Below are positions 8,456 through 17,028 of a stretch of DNA of 63,199 bases, one piece after another. Position 1 is the stretch's first letter. Each line of letters starts with the position of its first letter. A program made the translations under genes and the position numbers. This DNA comes from a bacterium HR30 (GTDB taxonomy: Bacteria; Desulfobacterota; Binatia; HRBIN30), in assembly GCA_002898795.1 (NCBI GenBank), contig BEIG01000003.1, forward strand, positions 1-63,199, read 5' to 3'. Under the pieces are notes generated by a model that was not told where the DNA came from, did not search any database, and saw only the letters and a list, made by a program, of their open reading frames with translations.

Positions 8456-9769
8456 TCAGTCAGAAATGCTGGTTAGATGCTTTAGCGTGAAGTAATCGCG
8501 GGGGAAGTTCGTTTCGATGAACTGCGAGCTATAACGGCCACCAATCGCCGCACGGTTGGTCTTGTCGTTCACGCCGACCACCATGTTCGGGGTGACGGCA
8601 GAGAACGTGCCATCATCGCTCCTCGACCAGTGGTACGCGCACATCGCGTTATAGAAGTACTCCCCGGCCCGGTTGTGAACGAGCTTCCACCAAATGCGGT
8701 ACATGTCCTTGTCCATGAACATGATCACCTTCCCAAAGTTGTAGTACGGGTCCTCAGACTGTCCCTCCAAGATCCAGACTGGGCGCGGAATCATGTTCAA
8801 GTTTTCCACGATAAGCCACGGGGCACCCTTGGCACCGGGGGTCTCGTAGGCGCCCTTGAAGTAAGGAATTTCCACTTCCCAACGGGTTGGTGAAACTTGC
8901 TTTTGTTTGAGGGGCTCGGGGCTCAGAACGGGCGCCAGGATCTTGCCCTCGCCGATGAGTTTCCACTTATAGTATTCGATCTTACCAGCGTAACAATTGA
9001 CGTCGTCGGCAAAGATGTCGAGGCCGGCGACTGGATCGGACCGCGTGGCCGCGTTAACCCGCCGAACCCGCCGCGTGGAGGGGACGTAGAACCAAGCTTG
9101 GTCCTGAGAAGTCCAGTCGTTGATGACTTTCGTCAGACCACCCACTCCATCCACATCCTGTGGTTCCAAGACGTTGGACAAGCTTGTGGCTCGAAGATTT
9201 TCGGGGTTCTCCATTGGTCCCGCAGAACGTCCCAAGAAAGCGTTAATGTGCAACCACAGCTTGATGCGTTTGAACTCGCCGCTGCTGTCGATTCCGTTGA
9301 GGGTAAATGTGGCCCCCTGGCCGTTACCCATCCCATTCGCGGCGTAAAAGTTCCAGGCCATTTTGCAAGCGGCGTACGGTTCTTTGGGATCGATTTTGGG
9401 GAAGGGGTAACCGAAGTAAAAATCAGGCATTTTCCCCGTCTTCTTGTCCTTCAAACCACAAGTTGCCGGGTCAAGATCGTACTTGCCGTCGTTGGCCTCG
9501 CTGGCCTCCCAGAAGCGCTTGGAGTAGTTTTGCTTGAACTTTTCAGGGTCGACCGGAACCACCCGGAACCAGTACTCCCCATTCTTGACGCGGTTGAGAA
9601 TCACCTCCGGCAGCAGATCCTTCCCTCGCTGCCAGTTGTTTTGATCGAGGATCCACGGTTTGTTGTCCTCTTCGGCCTGATCTGCAGCAATGCTCCGCCA
9701 CGGCGCTGCGGCAAACACAAGAGCCGCCAACGCAGTGAGCCAAATCTGGGACCTCTGACCCCATTTCAT
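8456..9769 (-). CDS. DUF1329-family periplasmic protein (LolA-like/lipoprotein-sorting fold)
   Basis: Signal peptide MKWGQRSQIWLTALAALVFAAAPWRSIAA. Motifs GYPFPKIDPKEP..ACKMAWN, AWFYVPSTRRVRR, DDVNCYAG, YWKLIGE and HPYYNFGKVIMFMDKD-type segment. GGAGG RBS. Confidence 0.82.
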   Translation of the reverse strand: MKWGQRSQIWLTALAALVFAAAPWRSIAADQAEEDNKPWILDQNNWQRGKDLLPEVILNRVKNGEYWFRVVPVDPEKFKQNYSKRFWEASEANDGKYDLDPATCGLKDKKTGKMPDFYFGYPFPKIDPKEPYAACKMAWNFYAANGMGNGQGATFTLNGIDSSGEFKRIKLWLHINAFLGRSAGPMENPENLRATSLSNVLEPQDVDGVGGLTKVINDWTSQDQAWFYVPSTRRVRRVNAATRSDPVAGLDIFADDVNCYAGKIEYYKWKLIGEGKILAPVLSPEPLKQKQVSPTRWEVEIPYFKGAYETPGAKGAPWLIVENLNMIPRPVWILEGQSEDPYYNFGKVIMFMDKDMYRIWWKLVHNRAGEYFYNAMCAYHWSRSDDGTFSAVTPNMVVGVNDKTNRAAIGGRYSSQFIETNFPRDYFTLKHLTSISD

Positions 9770-9828
9770 AACCTGACCTCCTGAGACTTTGTTCCTTTTC
9801 TCAAAACCGACCCCAGCAGCAGGGACCG

Positions 9829-12417
9829 TCACTGGGCAGTGCCCAAGGCTGCCTGTCGCTGTTCTGCCAGCATAGCCTTTGTTTTCCGATTCACCAAGAA
9901 CCCCGGTCGCAGGACCTTGACGAAAGCAGGAACCACCACGAGACCACCAAAGGTATTGAAGCTCATGAGGAGCGCAAGAAGCAAACCCATTTCAGCCTGG
10001 AACTTTAAGTCAGAGAACCAGAAGAAGCCCGTTCCTGCAATCATCGTGGAGGCGGTGAAAATAATCGCCTTTCCCGTGGTCGCGGTGGCGTAGTCTACCG
10101 CCTCATCGAGTTTACCAATCTCGTCGTACGTATCGATCATCCGGCTAAAGTGATAGATGCCATAGTCGACACCGACTCCGGCACCAGCAGCCGCGATGGG
10201 CAATGAGTTGACGTTTAAGTCGATGCGGAACCACACCATGAGGGCCTCGGCCGCAAGTTGGGAAAGAACCACCGGAATCATCAAAATCAGAGAGCAGTAC
10301 AGCGACCCATAGGTCAGATAAAGGCAGATGTATACGATCAGGAAGATGAGTCCGAGGTTCTTCCAATACGAGTTCTCCACCTCTTCGTTCACCGCGGCAA
10401 GGATACCGAATAGACCACCGGCGAAACGGAAGTCGACGAACCCCTCTTTGTACTGATCCACGAATTGCCGGGCGTAGGCAATCGAGTTCATGATCACCGC
10501 ATGAGAGTACTCGTGGAACAGCGTGATGATTGAGCCATATCGCGCGCTTGGATCCATGAAAAAGTTCAGCGCCGCAATGTTGGCGTTTTGTGTGAAGGTG
10601 TAAATGATCTGCCCGATTTCCTTGGGGTTCAAGGGAATGATCGACCACTTTGGGTCACCATCGTGTTGCAAGCGGGCAAGCTGTTTGATGATATCCACGA
10701 TGGTGATCGTACCACTGGCGCCTTTGGCACCTTGCATGTGGTAGGCAAACTCTTCCATCGTGGTCAATGCTTCAGCAGACTTCACGCCGTTGGGTTGCTT
10801 GGTGTCCGCAATGATGATCAGTTGGCTGGCTCCGAGGAAGCGTTTGTTGAGGATGTCGTAAGCAACGTTGTAAGGGTGGTCGGCGAAGAGTAAGGCGGAG
10901 CCCGGTGTCATGTCGCCCACCTTGAGTTGCCAGCCCCAGATGGGGAGCAGGGCATAAAGAGCAACGGTAAGAACGATCACGGCCCAACGGCGCCAGCCTT
11001 CGCTGGCGTTAATGACGAGCTGAGTGAACGCAGGGTAGATGCGCTCGCAGTAGGAAAGCCAGTACCATGCGATGACTGGAGACACCGCGATAAAGCAAAG
11101 CATCCCCGGTCCGATGAATTCGAGCGCCCGCGCAATGTTCGGCGGGAAGAGCTGAATGAAACGGTGCATGACGCCCATCCGGTCGATCGCAACCGCCGCC
11201 ACAATCGCGGCAAAAAGAATCGCGGTTCCCGCGCCGATGCTGATACGTGCCCTTGCCCCGTGTGCCGCGTGGTCCACTGGAGGCGGTGGGTCGATGTAAG
11301 AGAGAATGATCGGATGCAAAGTGACTACGCTGATGAAGATGGAAACCACCCAGAAGCTGGCAAAAATAGCCACCTTTTGAATCAGCGGAATCGGCGCCAC
11401 AGCAACGATGAGCAAGCCAATGCCGTCAGTGACGATCGAGGCAATCGCAGGTGCGAACAAGTGCGAGTACGATACGACGATCGCTTGGTTCTTGTCCTTC
11501 AGGCGATAGAACTCTTCATGGTAACGGTCCATAGACTGTACTGAGTGGCTCAGGGCACGGGCCGTTAGAAAGAGCGGGATGACCAGGACCAGTGGGTCGA
11601 GATTGAACCCGAGCCACGCAGCGATCCCCAGCCCCCACACACTGGAAAGAATGCCGGAGAAAATGGGTACCCAGATTCCAGTCCAGGTCCGAAAGTACGA
11701 GTACAGGAGAAACGAAAGCGCCACTGTTGTGAGAACGAAAACCAGTGCGAGCTGGCCGGAATACTGGAGTACCGAAGTGTACAACCAGGGAAAACCGGTG
11801 ATGTGAACACGGTGGTTGTCATCTTCTACCTCCGCCGCCAATTGCATCATTCGGTCGTAGAGGTAACGGAAGTCTAAGGCTTCCTCCCAGAAGCCGGTGT
11901 TGACTACGGCAGCCGTGTCGTCGTTGGCCACGTAGACACCCCGAATATTGGGGTTGGCGTAAACGGCAAATCGCACCCGGTTGGCGTCTTCCTGTGTTTT
12001 CGGCACACCCGGATAGAAAATAGGACGGACCTGGACAGCCCCCTGAGTCGCAGTGGCACTGCTTACGGCTGGGTGAGCGATCGACAGGATTTGGTAGGGA
12101 ACAACGCCCTTTGTGTTGATCATGAATTTGGTGATGTAATCGAGCTTCTGTAGGGTTGTCGGGTTGTAAATGTCCCCCGACTTCACCTCCAGAATCACGT
12201 TCATCACGTTGGCGGTTCCGAACATCTTTCGGAACTCGTGATAAAACTTGATGTACTTGTGCTGCCGGGGATAGAAATCGAAGAAATCCGTGTGCAGCCT
12301 GATCTTGGTGAGCCCGTAGGTGAAAAATAAGGTCATCAATGCGACGAACGCCGTCACCGAGCGGCGGTAATTGAGCAGAAACCGCAAGTACGCTTCGATC
12401 CAACGTTGGGGAAACAT
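9829..12417 (-). CDS. RND/MMPL-family inner-membrane transporter (two-fold repeat, about 12 TM)
   Basis: 862 aa with two periplasmic domains, each followed by TM clusters. Motifs ASIVTDGIG, GVGVDYGIY and FQAEMGLLL. Confidence 0.92.
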   Translation of the reverse strand: MFPQRWIEAYLRFLLNYRRSVTAFVALMTLFFTYGLTKIRLHTDFFDFYPRQHKYIKFYHEFRKMFGTANVMNVILEVKSGDIYNPTTLQKLDYITKFMINTKGVVPYQILSIAHPAVSSATATQGAVQVRPIFYPGVPKTQEDANRVRFAVYANPNIRGVYVANDDTAAVVNTGFWEEALDFRYLYDRMMQLAAEVEDDNHRVHITGFPWLYTSVLQYSGQLALVFVLTTVALSFLLYSYFRTWTGIWVPIFSGILSSVWGLGIAAWLGFNLDPLVLVIPLFLTARALSHSVQSMDRYHEEFYRLKDKNQAIVVSYSHLFAPAIASIVTDGIGLLIVAVAPIPLIQKVAIFASFWVVSIFISVVTLHPIILSYIDPPPPVDHAAHGARARISIGAGTAILFAAIVAAVAIDRMGVMHRFIQLFPPNIARALEFIGPGMLCFIAVSPVIAWYWLSYCERIYPAFTQLVINASEGWRRWAVIVLTVALYALLPIWGWQLKVGDMTPGSALLFADHPYNVAYDILNKRFLGASQLIIIADTKQPNGVKSAEALTTMEEFAYHMQGAKGASGTITIVDIIKQLARLQHDGDPKWSIIPLNPKEIGQIIYTFTQNANIAALNFFMDPSARYGSIITLFHEYSHAVIMNSIAYARQFVDQYKEGFVDFRFAGGLFGILAAVNEEVENSYWKNLGLIFLIVYICLYLTYGSLYCSLILMIPVVLSQLAAEALMVWFRIDLNVNSLPIAAAGAGVGVDYGIYHFSRMIDTYDEIGKLDEAVDYATATTGKAIIFTASTMIAGTGFFWFSDLKFQAEMGLLLALLMSFNTFGGLVVVPAFVKVLRPGFLVNRKTKAMLAEQRQAALGTAQ

Positions 12418-12455
12418 TCGAGCTTAACCTCCGCCAGCCTTCCTAGTGTGCTTGC

Positions 12456-13472
12456 TTAGTAATTTTCCTTGAGTGGGGTCATTTTGTCACGATCGAGTGA
12501 AAGAACCAATCCCCTCGATCCGACGACATAGCCACGACCATCGGGGAATAGTGTAACCCCGCGGAACCAAGACCCCGCCATACGTACCGGAATATCGTAG
12601 AGCTTCCACGTTTTCCCCGCGTCCTGGCTGTACAGCAAGAGGCCGCTGTTGCCCACGGCCCAACCAAAGAGGCCGCGCACAGCCACGTCGTAAATGGGGA
12701 GAACAAAGCCCTTTGGCATCGGTACAGATTGTTTGACCCAGGTTGCCCCGCCATCTTCGGTGACCAACATCACCCCCTCCATCCCGACAACCCAGGCGTG
12801 CTGGTGGTCGAGCGCGGTGACGCCGAAAAGAGTGGTTTCGACTCCGCTTTTTTGCTGCTGCCAGGTGAGCCCTCCGTCTTGGGAAAACAAGATCACCCCG
12901 AATTCTCCCGCAATCCAGACATGCTTCTCGTCGGCGAAGGCAATGGTGTACAAGATCACGTCTCCCGGTTGCACGACTTCGGCGATGTCCGGAGGTAATT
13001 CAATGTTCTCCGGAAGCGAGATTTTTGTCCAGGTATTTCCGCCGTCTTCGGTGCGCAGGAGGGTTCCAAAATCGCCGACAGCCAAACCCTGTTGGCCGTT
13101 GACGAACTCAATATCGAGTAAGTTTCGATTGGTTCCGCTCGGCTGCATGTGCCAGTTGAGCCCCCCGTCTGGAGAGAAAGCAATTTGCCCTCCTTGGCCA
13201 GCCACCCAGAGCTTATCTCCGACGCAGGAGATGGCCACAAAGGGACGCTTCGTGTTTGCGGAGTAAATGCGCCAGTTTTGCCCGCCATCGATCGTGTGAA
13301 AGATGCGACCCAAGTCGCCCACGGTCCACCCTTCGCGAGCATTCTTGAAGCACACGGAGAACAGGTTTTGACGTACTTCTGCGGCGGGCACAGCAGCTTG
13401 GGCAAAAAGGGGAAGTGGCAACGACAACAACATTATGAAAGATGCCAGTAAGTAGACAAGACGCGTTTTCAC
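12456..13472 (-). CDS. YCF48-related BNR-repeat beta-propeller protein
   Basis: Repeated Asp-box motifs (HTIDGGQNW, FSPDGGLNW, RTEDGGNTW, FSQDGGLTW, VTEDGGATW, YSQDAGKTW) plus a signal peptide. GTG start at 13472 is inferred. Confidence 0.88.
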   Translation of the reverse strand: MKTRLVYLLASFIMLLSLPLPLFAQAAVPAAEVRQNLFSVCFKNAREGWTVGDLGRIFHTIDGGQNWRIYSANTKRPFVAISCVGDKLWVAGQGGQIAFSPDGGLNWHMQPSGTNRNLLDIEFVNGQQGLAVGDFGTLLRTEDGGNTWTKISLPENIELPPDIAEVVQPGDVILYTIAFADEKHVWIAGEFGVILFSQDGGLTWQQQKSGVETTLFGVTALDHQHAWVVGMEGVMLVTEDGGATWVKQSVPMPKGFVLPIYDVAVRGLFGWAVGNSGLLLYSQDAGKTWKLYDIPVRMAGSWFRGVTLFPDGRGYVVGSRGLVLSLDRDKMTPLKENY

Positions 13473-13576
13473 CGTGACTTGGCCTCCGTTTGTCGAGTTT
13501 GTGGGAGTTGTAAATACACGCGGCGGTGCGTTGGCCAGCAACCAACGCACCGCCGCCTAGCCGATTGAGACTAGTT

Positions 13577-15571
13577 TTAAATGACGTACTCGAACCGGAA
13601 CTGAACGTTATCCCGGTCCTTGAGTAGGCTCACTCCGCTTCCACCCTTATAAATGTGAGCGTCGAGAATACTATAGTCGATGGCAAAGCGGAATGGGTCG
13701 TACACGATGGTTAGTGCCGGCTGATACACGATGGCACCGCCCCAGTCATAGAAGAAGGTGAACGCTGGATTAATCATCCCACTGCGGAACGAGGTACTGA
13801 TGAACAAGGTGTGGAGGAAGGAGTCCGCCGGCTGGGTGATGAAAATGGGCTCCAGCCTCGGGAACACCGAGCCATTGTAATTAAAATCGATGGCGTCGTA
13901 GTAAATCGGCAATACTTGGCGGTTCGGATTGGGAACAGGGTAGCTTTTCACCTGACCCGTCTGGTTGTCCCGAGCAGTGACCGCGACGGCACTGCAGATC
14001 CCGCGGTCCACAAGCTCTTGGTTGCAGTACAAGGGCCCGTCCGGAGCAGCGTTCTTGATGTGTTTGTAGAAAAACTGCGTGGAGATGAAGAACGTTTGGT
14101 GTGGATTGAGCCACCGAATCCACTGATTTCGGTCGATGCCGAGCACGAAATTGATGGAATCCCGCAACAGCCGCCGTCCGTTACTCCGCCGCCCGGCAGC
14201 CGTTCGCCGCGCTGCGGTGAATTGACCCAGGTTGAACTCGAAGGGGTCTAGGTCTTCCTGTTGAAAAGAAGGCTCATCTTTGAAGTATGCCAGTTCGCTC
14301 CGGATCACGCTGTAGTACTGAGGCAGTGCGAAGGTTGTCGTTACGCCGGAGACTTGTACCCGCGGTGCGGTTTGCACGGCGTGAATTGGGCGACCGCAGT
14401 TACGATTGCTGTAATCCGGACGGGTCGGGTCGCCTGGTGTGGGGCACGGCAAGCCGTCGTTTATGCCGAAAATGAAAGGCCGGACACGTGTTGTTCCGTC
14501 CGGTCGTATTTCGTCTGGCGCCGTGAATACTTGCACTGCAGGGGTGTCGAAGTACGTGTAGTAGTGGGCCAAGCTGAAGGTGGCGTCGAAAGCGTTGAAA
14601 ACAATACGGCCTCCGCCGCGGATGTTTTCGAAGTTACGGGCAGGGGCAAATTTGATCGAGAGCGTGTCATTCGACGGGGCTCCCTGGCTGGGTAGAGCCC
14701 ATGGCGACCCGTTAGGAATTCCCGGAATGAAGCCCACCTTGCTATCGATGGCGGCGTAGCCTTCGATGAATACCTCGGAGAGGGGACCTAAGTCCCCCCA
14801 ATAGTACTGCGCACGTAACATGTCCAATGGAACCCGGCGCTCGTCCAACGGTACTAGAAAGCCGCCAAAGCTTGCATCCAGAGGATTGATGTTGTCCAGC
14901 AGCCGGAACGCATCAGTTTCGCCCCACGATAATAACTGCCGTCCGAATCGAAAGAAGAAGTCGCCGGCCTTGATGTCTAGGTAAGCTTGGAACAGGCGGT
15001 GACGTTGCACGCCCTTTTTACGCAGGTTCTTTCGGAGCTGGTAGATGTCGTAGGGCGTCTGCTGAAATCCGTTGGGGAAGAGAGGCGGACCGATGAAGGG
15101 GTTTGGGGGGTCTGCCTCAGCCAGGCGTTTAAACTCGCGCGCCGTCCGGTATTCTTTCGGACCCCAGTCGTAGATTCCATCGCCTTCTCCGCGGTAAGTC
15201 AGCCCGTAGCTGAGGTCCCGAATTTTGAATGGCAGATCATTCAGCAGGCTCAGGGGACCAATGCCTTCCCGGCGTAGGCGGTCGAGATCGTGCTTGAGCT
15301 CAGCTTCGACGAAAAACCGATTTTGCCTCAAGTGACCCGCAGCGGATCGGGGCCAGGTAGCGGAAGTGGACACGCCGGGATCGTCCGGATCGGGGACCCC
15401 GTCGTGCGTACGCTCGGTGCCGATACGGGCATTCACATACGTTCGCACTCCCAGCTTAATGTCCCCGTCTTTATCCAAAGGTACGGCTTTCGCGGGCGGG
15501 CTCGAGAAGTACATCGCCATGAGACCACTGGCAGCCACCCCCCACCAAACCTTGCGCCAGAAACGCAGCAT
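13577..15571 (-). CDS. DUF1302-family outer-membrane beta-barrel protein (paralog 1)
   Basis: Signal peptide. Motifs LFQAYLD, RFGRQLLSWGETDAFRLLDNINPLD and DRDNVQFRFEYVI. GGAGG RBS before the ATG at 15571. Context with DUF1329, YCF48 and RND. Confidence 0.8.
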   Translation of the reverse strand: MLRFWRKVWWGVAASGLMAMYFSSPPAKAVPLDKDGDIKLGVRTYVNARIGTERTHDGVPDPDDPGVSTSATWPRSAAGHLRQNRFFVEAELKHDLDRLRREGIGPLSLLNDLPFKIRDLSYGLTYRGEGDGIYDWGPKEYRTAREFKRLAEADPPNPFIGPPLFPNGFQQTPYDIYQLRKNLRKKGVQRHRLFQAYLDIKAGDFFFRFGRQLLSWGETDAFRLLDNINPLDASFGGFLVPLDERRVPLDMLRAQYYWGDLGPLSEVFIEGYAAIDSKVGFIPGIPNGSPWALPSQGAPSNDTLSIKFAPARNFENIRGGGRIVFNAFDATFSLAHYYTYFDTPAVQVFTAPDEIRPDGTTRVRPFIFGINDGLPCPTPGDPTRPDYSNRNCGRPIHAVQTAPRVQVSGVTTTFALPQYYSVIRSELAYFKDEPSFQQEDLDPFEFNLGQFTAARRTAAGRRSNGRRLLRDSINFVLGIDRNQWIRWLNPHQTFFISTQFFYKHIKNAAPDGPLYCNQELVDRGICSAVAVTARDNQTGQVKSYPVPNPNRQVLPIYYDAIDFNYNGSVFPRLEPIFITQPADSFLHTLFISTSFRSGMINPAFTFFYDWGGAIVYQPALTIVYDPFRFAIDYSILDAHIYKGGSGVSLLKDRDNVQFRFEYVI

Positions 15572-15661
15572 AACCAACCCTCCTCTGTCTCCCAGCACCG
15601 ACCCACAGTCGGTTCCTTGGTGTGCTTGTTGCCGCGAATCCCTACGCTAGGCGTCGGCCCC

Positions 15662-16957
15662 ATGTCAAGTAAATCGACACCGGTGGCCCGAGGGGCCAGC
15701 GTTTTGGCTTTCTTTGGTTCGATCGCCAGCGCCTGGTGCGCGACGGCTGCGCTCACGGAAACTAGAATGCCACCGGAGCGAGCGCTCGAGGTCATCTCGG
15801 TATCAGCGGAGGAGCTGTCCGGCCTGTGGGGATGTTCAGTAGACCGTGTTGCGGCGTGGAGCTGCGATCGGCGATGTGTGCTCATCTTGTCGCAAGTAGA
15901 CGAGCGCGATCGGATGGGTCGGTGGGCTTTGGATTTCGGCACCGATGATTCCGAGGAAGAACAACGAGGTAGCCTCGACCAGACGGATTGGGTCCTTGCC
16001 CAGGTTACGGACCTTGGCCAACCAGCCCCTGTGCCGCCGTCCGAGGCGGCATACGCTGTGCGCGTGAGCGACCCTTCAGCGACTTTCGTCCGCTGGCTTT
16101 ACCTCGGCTGTCGTAGCGGTGCCCCGATCGCGGGCGCCCAGCGGGATCCCCGCGTGTCGGTCGAGCCCCAGCTCGACTTGGTTCGGATGCGCCGCATCAG
16201 CGTGGGCTTTTCTGGCGCGTTCCCGGATCGGTTACTTTTGAACGGGGAGCAAAATCTCCTCGACCGCCTGAAGTTACGTGCCGAGGCCCGGTTCTTGTTC
16301 GGACTCCTGGGAGTACGGCGGGACGAGTCGCACCTCCAGGGTCGCGTGCTCGGGTGGCGAATAGGCCCTCTTCGGGCAATCCGAGCGCAGGAGCAGTGGG
16401 TGTACCTAGGCTGGGGCATTCGCACTCCGGTATTTCGTTCTTACGCCATGTTTTACCCGGATTACCTCGATATTCCCGTCTCGCTGCGGTTGCGCTTTCC
16501 TGCCACGCACTTTTTCTCGGCAATCCGCATCCAAGGCTACGTGGATTTTCGCGACTTGCGCGGTTGGTCGCTGCTTCTCCCGGATGACCCGGTTGCCTAC
16601 TTCATCGACGGCCGCACGACCCCGCAGGAAAAAGCGCTAGCGGTGCGCAATCCGCAGTGGTTCGCTCTGCGTGGCCCAGATCTTACCTTCGTCCAGTATT
16701 TCGGCTTGAGCCCTTCGCTGCACTCAGTGACACGGCGGTTCCTCTACCGCGACGATATTCGTGCTGCCTTTCCCCCGGAGGCGGTGCCCGGCGAAGTGCC
16801 CGGAGTCGGGTACGAACTCACCCACTGGCAGGGCGTAGGCTCAGGAGTGCACTCGCTACATGCCACGAGCTTTGTCGTACCGAGCACGCTCCCGCCCGAG
16901 CAACTGATCGCTGCTCAGCGACAACCCCTGACGATCCAAGTGCAACCCTTGCAATGA
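15662..16957 (+). CDS. Hypothetical exported protein (431 aa)
   Basis: Signal-peptide-like N-terminus from the ATG at 15662. Protein-like composition with motifs SQVDERD, NLLDRLKLR, GPLRAIR and YRDD..PPEAVPGEVPGVG. The upstream part of the track ORF is antisense to the DUF1302 gene. Confidence 0.72.
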   Translation: MSSKSTPVARGASVLAFFGSIASAWCATAALTETRMPPERALEVISVSAEELSGLWGCSVDRVAAWSCDRRCVLILSQVDERDRMGRWALDFGTDDSEEEQRGSLDQTDWVLAQVTDLGQPAPVPPSEAAYAVRVSDPSATFVRWLYLGCRSGAPIAGAQRDPRVSVEPQLDLVRMRRISVGFSGAFPDRLLLNGEQNLLDRLKLRAEARFLFGLLGVRRDESHLQGRVLGWRIGPLRAIRAQEQWVYLGWGIRTPVFRSYAMFYPDYLDIPVSLRLRFPATHFFSAIRIQGYVDFRDLRGWSLLLPDDPVAYFIDGRTTPQEKALAVRNPQWFALRGPDLTFVQYFGLSPSLHSVTRRFLYRDDIRAAFPPEAVPGEVPGVGYELTHWQGVGSGVHSLHATSFVVPSTLPPEQLIAAQRQPLTIQVQPLQ

Positions 16958-17028
16958 TCCCCAGAGGGGTTCATTCCACCCAGCGTTGTTGCCAGTGGGG
17001 CTGAATCTCCTAAGGACCCAAGAATCGT

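Noticed and set aside
8897-9784. 295-aa plus-strand ORF
   Set aside because: It is antisense to DUF1329. Long shadow ORFs are expected with this GC3 bias; the same applies to 4698-5450, 17416-18246, 30273-31133, 47170-48150 and 58648-59505.
15290-15661. N-terminal 124 aa of the 555-aa track ORF
   Set aside because: It overlaps the DUF1302 gene on the opposite strand. The signal-peptide start is at 15662. Similar over-extensions were trimmed for glnE (25990), prmA (38574), rsmE (37333) and murD (47688).
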